Part shown: positions 59,992-64,000 of the stretch, piece by piece
How positions within the stretch are numbered: position 1 is the stretch's first letter
Layout of the letters: every line of letters begins with the position of its first letter
Origin: an uncultured virus (IMG/VR IMGVR_UViG_3300043094_000104)
Taxonomy: Duplodnaviria; Heunggongvirae; Uroviricota; Caudoviricetes
IMG/VR virus record: IMGVR_UViG_3300043094_000104
Reading direction: 5' to 3' (one strand)
DNA: 64,000 nucleotides
Notes under the pieces: model-generated
The model's input: the letters and a program-made list of their open reading frames with translations, nothing else
Database searches by the model: none
Told to the model about the DNA's origin: nothing
Position numbers and translations under genes: made by a program

Positions 59992-60904
59992 AAAATTTAC
60001 TTATACAGAGGTTAAAAATATTATAGAAAAAGAAAATGGATATATTCTAATATCTGAAGAATATATTAATAATAGACAAAAATTAAAAATAAAACATTTA
60101 GAATGTAATAATCTATTCGAAATGGCATTTACAAATTTTTATAATTCTGGTAATAGATGTCCTTATTGTGCAAATAAAATAAGAAATAGAAATAATAAAT
60201 ATAAAATAAGTGATATAAATAGTTATATGAAAAAATTTGGTTATGAATGTTTATCGAAAGAATATCAAAATTACCGACAAAAATTAAAAATAAAACATTT
60301 AGAATGTAATAATATATTTGAAATGACTTTTGATAATTTTAAAAATGGTAAAAATCGTTGTCCTTACTGTTCTAATCATATTAAATATACTATAGAAGAT
60401 GTTAAGAAAATAATTAAAGATAAAGATCCTGATTATGAATGTTTGTCAGAAGAATATATTAACAATAAAACTAATTTAAAAATTAAACATCTTAAATGTA
60501 ATAATATTTATGAAGTAAATTTAAATAATTTTTTGAATAAAGAAAATAGATGTCCTTATTGTAAGACTTCTAAAGGAGAAAAAATTATAAATGATTATTT
60601 ATTAAAGAATAATATAAAATTTATAAGAGAATATAAATTTGAAAATTGTAAAGATAAAAGAGTATTACCATTTGATTTTTATTTAGAGGATTATAATATA
60701 CTTATTGAATATGACGGTGAATTACATTATAAAGAAAGTAGATATCGTGATTCTAAATATAATAAAGATAAATTAAATAAACAAATATTACATGATAATA
60801 TTAAAAATGAATATTGTAAAAATAATCATATAAAACTTATTAGAATACCGTATACAGAATTTAATAATATTGAAGAAATTCTTAAAGAAGAATTAAATTT
60901 GTAA
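59984..60904 (+). CDS. Zinc-repeat Vsr/EDxHD-like nuclease (array gene 4, 3 repeats)
   Basis: KIKHLxC...NRCPYC x3; nuclease core identical to gene 3. Confidence 0.8.
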   Translation: MGKKFTYTEVKNIIEKENGYILISEEYINNRQKLKIKHLECNNLFEMAFTNFYNSGNRCPYCANKIRNRNNKYKISDINSYMKKFGYECLSKEYQNYRQKLKIKHLECNNIFEMTFDNFKNGKNRCPYCSNHIKYTIEDVKKIIKDKDPDYECLSEEYINNKTNLKIKHLKCNNIYEVNLNNFLNKENRCPYCKTSKGEKIINDYLLKNNIKFIREYKFENCKDKRVLPFDFYLEDYNILIEYDGELHYKESRYRDSKYNKDKLNKQILHDNIKNEYCKNNHIKLIRIPYTEFNNIEEILKEELNL

Positions 60905-60911
60905 TAAAATT

Positions 60912-60938
60912 CCCCTAAGACTTTTATAGTCTTAGGGG
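60912..60938. terminator. Terminator-like hairpin between convergent nuclease array and capsid gene
   Basis: CCCCTAAGACT/AGTCTTAGGGG. Confidence 0.7.
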
Positions 60939-60992
60939 TTATTTTTATAGTTGGAATATTTTTATAATATTTTATAAAAATTCTATATAAAA

Positions 60993-62762
60993 TTAAACTC
61001 TATCGTAAACAGAACCATCATTATTCTTAATAATGATCTTTGCAATAATAGGTACGTATTCTTCTAATGTATCACGCTTTGTGAGCATTATAGATGGTAC
61101 ATTAGCGTTAACAGTATTTAAATAATTCTTAACAACGTTGAATGTATATGGATAATATTCGAATGTCTTGAATTTATCGGTTGTTGGAACGAAGAACATA
61201 GTTAACTCGCCCTGTGGAATTAAGTCAGAAGAAATAATAGTATACTTATTAGCACCAGAAATAGCACCAATAGAATATTGAACTTCTACACCGTTCTGCT
61301 GATCATTTACAGAATTAAATGACCAAGAAACGTTAGGAAGAATATTTGTATCAATTGGATTACCAATAATTACAAAGTAACCATTATAGCACTTATAATC
61401 GCCACGCATCTTAGTAGCAAGTAAATCAAATAACTTCTTAAGTTCATTTAACCATTCAGAAGGATTCATTGCAAAGTGACCAGAAGGATATACATTAAAG
61501 CTCTTTCTATACTGAGCTTCAGTACCTTCATAAGCTCTCATTAAGAACTGATAAATTCTCTGGTCTAACTTCTGAGCACAAACATTAGACATGATATCGA
61601 TTAATTCAGCAGCGCCATCAACCTGATACATAGCCTTTACGTCCTGAAGGAATTCAAGAGGTAAGGATGCTTCAATGTGTTCGCCTGTTCCGATTTCGAT
61701 ATCCTTCTTATCCATTTCAAAGTCAACGTTGGTAGACTTCTGATGTGTTTCAGAAGATAAGAATGCCATTACACGAACCTTAGTAGCTCTACCAGACATA
61801 GAAACGAATTCTAAGAAACCATTTTCAAGATCTACAGAACCAAATACAGTATCCTTAACAGGAGTTAAATTACCATCCTTATCATATTCAGTAAAGAATA
61901 CGTCAGAATAAATTCTTCTGTAAAGGTCAACCTTTGCATTAACCTTAATAGGAGTTTCTACATAAGTACCATCTGCACCACATACTGGATAGTAAACATC
62001 TGTTACAACAAACTTTCTATCTACAGCATAACGAGCATCGTTTGTAGGATTCTTATGATCAAAGATTGTAGAACCTGTAAATAAGTTAAATCTTTCAATC
62101 TTACCACCCTCTGCAAGAGCGATTACACCCTTATCAATAGGAGTAGCAGCTGTCTTATCATCTGTAGCTTCATAAGTATAAGTACCATCAGCTTCAGAAA
62201 TAGTAATAGTAGAATAGAACTTAGTTTCTGCAGGATCACCATCAAAATCAGGATTCTGAGCTACACCATCATTCATAGGAAGCTGATAAAGTTCAGCTAA
62301 TTCATTATCCTGCATATTAATAGATTCTGGTAAGTAATGCTTTGTCTTACCATCTGCGCCTAAAATATATGGCTTCATAAATGCTACAGAGAATGCAGGA
62401 ACTGTTACTGGCTCAGTTGGAACTGCATACTTTAAGCTTAAACGTGCCCAAAGCTTAACAAGAATAGGCATTGTTAAAGAAGCATAAGGCTGTACGCCTT
62501 CTAAAGATTCAGTTAAAATAGATTCTCTTGTAGAATCTGCCATTTCATGGATCTGAGCACATTCAGTAGCTTCAAAACCTTCACAAAGATGGCTCATATA
62601 ATCCTCATATAAAACATTGTCAGTTAAAATATCTTCAAAATTCTTACCAATGATGTTTGTCTGATGTCTCTGAGCAAAGTAATCCTGTGTCTCAGAAAGT
62701 CTTCTAGAGAAAGCATCCTGTGGTGAAGATGTAGTAACTTTCTTTTGATAAATTACACTCAT
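60993..62762 (-). CDS. Major capsid protein (T4 gp23-like precursor)
   Basis: N-terminal segment ending ILTES, then PxLxxxW...VPTEP; LEFLQDVKAMYQVDGAAELIDIMS; YYPY near C-terminus; distinct codon bias; late-type promoter at 62870-62881. Confidence 0.75.
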   Translation of the reverse strand: MSVIYQKKVTTSSPQDAFSRRLSETQDYFAQRHQTNIIGKNFEDILTDNVLYEDYMSHLCEGFEATECAQIHEMADSTRESILTESLEGVQPYASLTMPILVKLWARLSLKYAVPTEPVTVPAFSVAFMKPYILGADGKTKHYLPESINMQDNELAELYQLPMNDGVAQNPDFDGDPAETKFYSTITISEADGTYTYEATDDKTAATPIDKGVIALAEGGKIERFNLFTGSTIFDHKNPTNDARYAVDRKFVVTDVYYPVCGADGTYVETPIKVNAKVDLYRRIYSDVFFTEYDKDGNLTPVKDTVFGSVDLENGFLEFVSMSGRATKVRVMAFLSSETHQKSTNVDFEMDKKDIEIGTGEHIEASLPLEFLQDVKAMYQVDGAAELIDIMSNVCAQKLDQRIYQFLMRAYEGTEAQYRKSFNVYPSGHFAMNPSEWLNELKKLFDLLATKMRGDYKCYNGYFVIIGNPIDTNILPNVSWSFNSVNDQQNGVEVQYSIGAISGANKYTIISSDLIPQGELTMFFVPTTDKFKTFEYYPYTFNVVKNYLNTVNANVPSIMLTKRDTLEEYVPIIAKIIIKNNDGSVYDRV

Positions 62763-62892
62763 GGTATCTCACCTAAGATGAAATTATTATCATCTTATTT
62801 TTTCCTTTCTTTTAAAGTAATAAATTATATAAATAAACTAAAAAAATTATAAATTATATAAATTAATAATAAATTTATGTTAAGCTCTTTAA

Positions 62893-63993
62893 TTAGTTAA
62901 ATATCTTTTTAACAACTGTTTTTCCTAATTGTTCACCACTACCTCTTAATAATGATTGTTTAAAGGTTTGTGATAAATCATGTCTATCCTGTCTTTTTTC
63001 TTCTTCTGCTTCTTCTTTTTTACGTTTTTCTCTAAGGTATTCTTTTTTTTCTTCAGCAGTCATATTTTTCATTTTTTCTGCTTCTTTTTTCTTTTCTTCT
63101 TCTTTCTTTTTAGCTTTTTCTTTTTCCATTTCTTCTACTTTAGCTTTTCTCTTTTCTTCTTCAGCTTTAATACCATTTATAGCAGCTTTAGTATAAACAG
63201 AAATATGTTTCTTAGCTTGTTCAAACGCATTTTCATCTAAAGGCTCTAAACCTCTAGATTCCATCATAATACAATATGAATTATATGATTTAATTTTAAA
63301 GTTTTCATCATATTCTAATGCTTCTAAATAATTATCCATATCATAAGAAGATACACTCATTAGTTCTTCACAAACTGGATTTAGATGTTTATTAAATCCC
63401 ATTTTTTCATATATTTTATTTCTATCATGTCTATCTTTCTGATCTTTATCAACTTTTCTATCTAATTTACGATTAGCCCTGCTTGGATCGCCATTTATTT
63501 TATGTCTAATTTCATTTCCTGCAAAAGCAGCACCTAAAGTAGTAGCAGTTCCTAATATAACTTTTTTCTTTAATGCTTTCTTATCATTTTTCCATTCTTT
63601 ATAAGATTTATAATTTTTATTACCTTTAGCTTTTTCTCTTTGTTTATATTCATTATAACTTTCTTTATCTTTAGACTCATTAAAATAATTATTATAATAA
63701 TTTAATAATTCTGATTCTGTAAAGTTTTCATATAAATAAATATATAAACTTTCATTTAAATCTTGTTTTAAAGCTTGTTTGGTATCTCTAAATTTTTTCT
63801 TTCCTTCTTTTTTTCCAATAAGTCTACCTGTTTTTGTAGCATATCTTTGTGTCTGTTTTCCATAAGCTCTAATTTGTTTTTCTTGAGCTCTTTGATTAAT
63901 TCTAGCTTGTTTTCTCATCATTCTAGCATTATGTGCATTTTGTTTTTTACGTATATTTTCAGCAGTTTTATCTTCATCTTTATTATCATGCAT
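62893..63993 (-). CDS. Putative internal head protein (may start beyond window edge)
   Basis: Alternating basic blocks and acidic Tyr-rich blocks bounded by LNES/FNES; hydrophobic VILGTATTLGAAFAG; frame open to window end. Confidence 0.55.
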   Translation of the reverse strand: MHDNKDEDKTAENIRKKQNAHNARMMRKQARINQRAQEKQIRAYGKQTQRYATKTGRLIGKKEGKKKFRDTKQALKQDLNESLYIYLYENFTESELLNYYNNYFNESKDKESYNEYKQREKAKGNKNYKSYKEWKNDKKALKKKVILGTATTLGAAFAGNEIRHKINGDPSRANRKLDRKVDKDQKDRHDRNKIYEKMGFNKHLNPVCEELMSVSSYDMDNYLEALEYDENFKIKSYNSYCIMMESRGLEPLDENAFEQAKKHISVYTKAAINGIKAEEEKRKAKVEEMEKEKAKKKEEEKKKEAEKMKNMTAEEKKEYLREKRKKEEAEEEKRQDRHDLSQTFKQSLLRGSGEQLGKTVVKKIFN

Positions 63994-64000
63994 TTTTTTA

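Noticed and set aside
57401..60904. Diversity-generating retroelement behind the repeated nuclease segments
   Set aside because: No reverse transcriptase in window; the shared 101-nt segment is identical rather than adenine-mutated

Overview
Very AT-rich segment of a jumbo bacteriophage genome (standard genetic code). GGAGG/AAGGAG Shine-Dalgarno (SD) sites and NrdG suggest an anaerobic Firmicute host (inference). It resembles AR9/PBS1/phiKZ-type phages: two distinct split RNA polymerase beta-prime C-terminal subunits, a probable sigma-like subunit, a split family-B DNA polymerase, an SF2 helicase, primase, SbcC-like ATPase, IF-1, MoxR/vWA pair, T4 gp21-like prohead protease, gp23-like major capsid protein and a tRNA cluster. 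Not explained by the ORF track: (1) a roughly 200-nt covarying structured leader repeated three times before unrelated early ORFs (52.8-56.6 kb); (2) a group I intron splitting the prohead protease, with its endonuclease ORF in the P1 loop; (3) about 10 probable head-cargo proteins with acidic tags (YLEGYYDAL in five) and L/I-x-E sites around basic, Gly/Ala-hydrophobic cores, plus probable packaged GNAT and ADP-ribosyltransferase enzymes; (4) seven modular zinc-repeat Vsr/EDxHD-type nucleases, four in a tandem mosaic array; (5) two proteins inside the MoxR-vWA locus sharing a C-terminal motif; (6) two promoter classes, one matching the AR9 late consensus; (7) three aberrant tRNA-like elements. 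All product calls come from motif recognition by eye; no database search was run.
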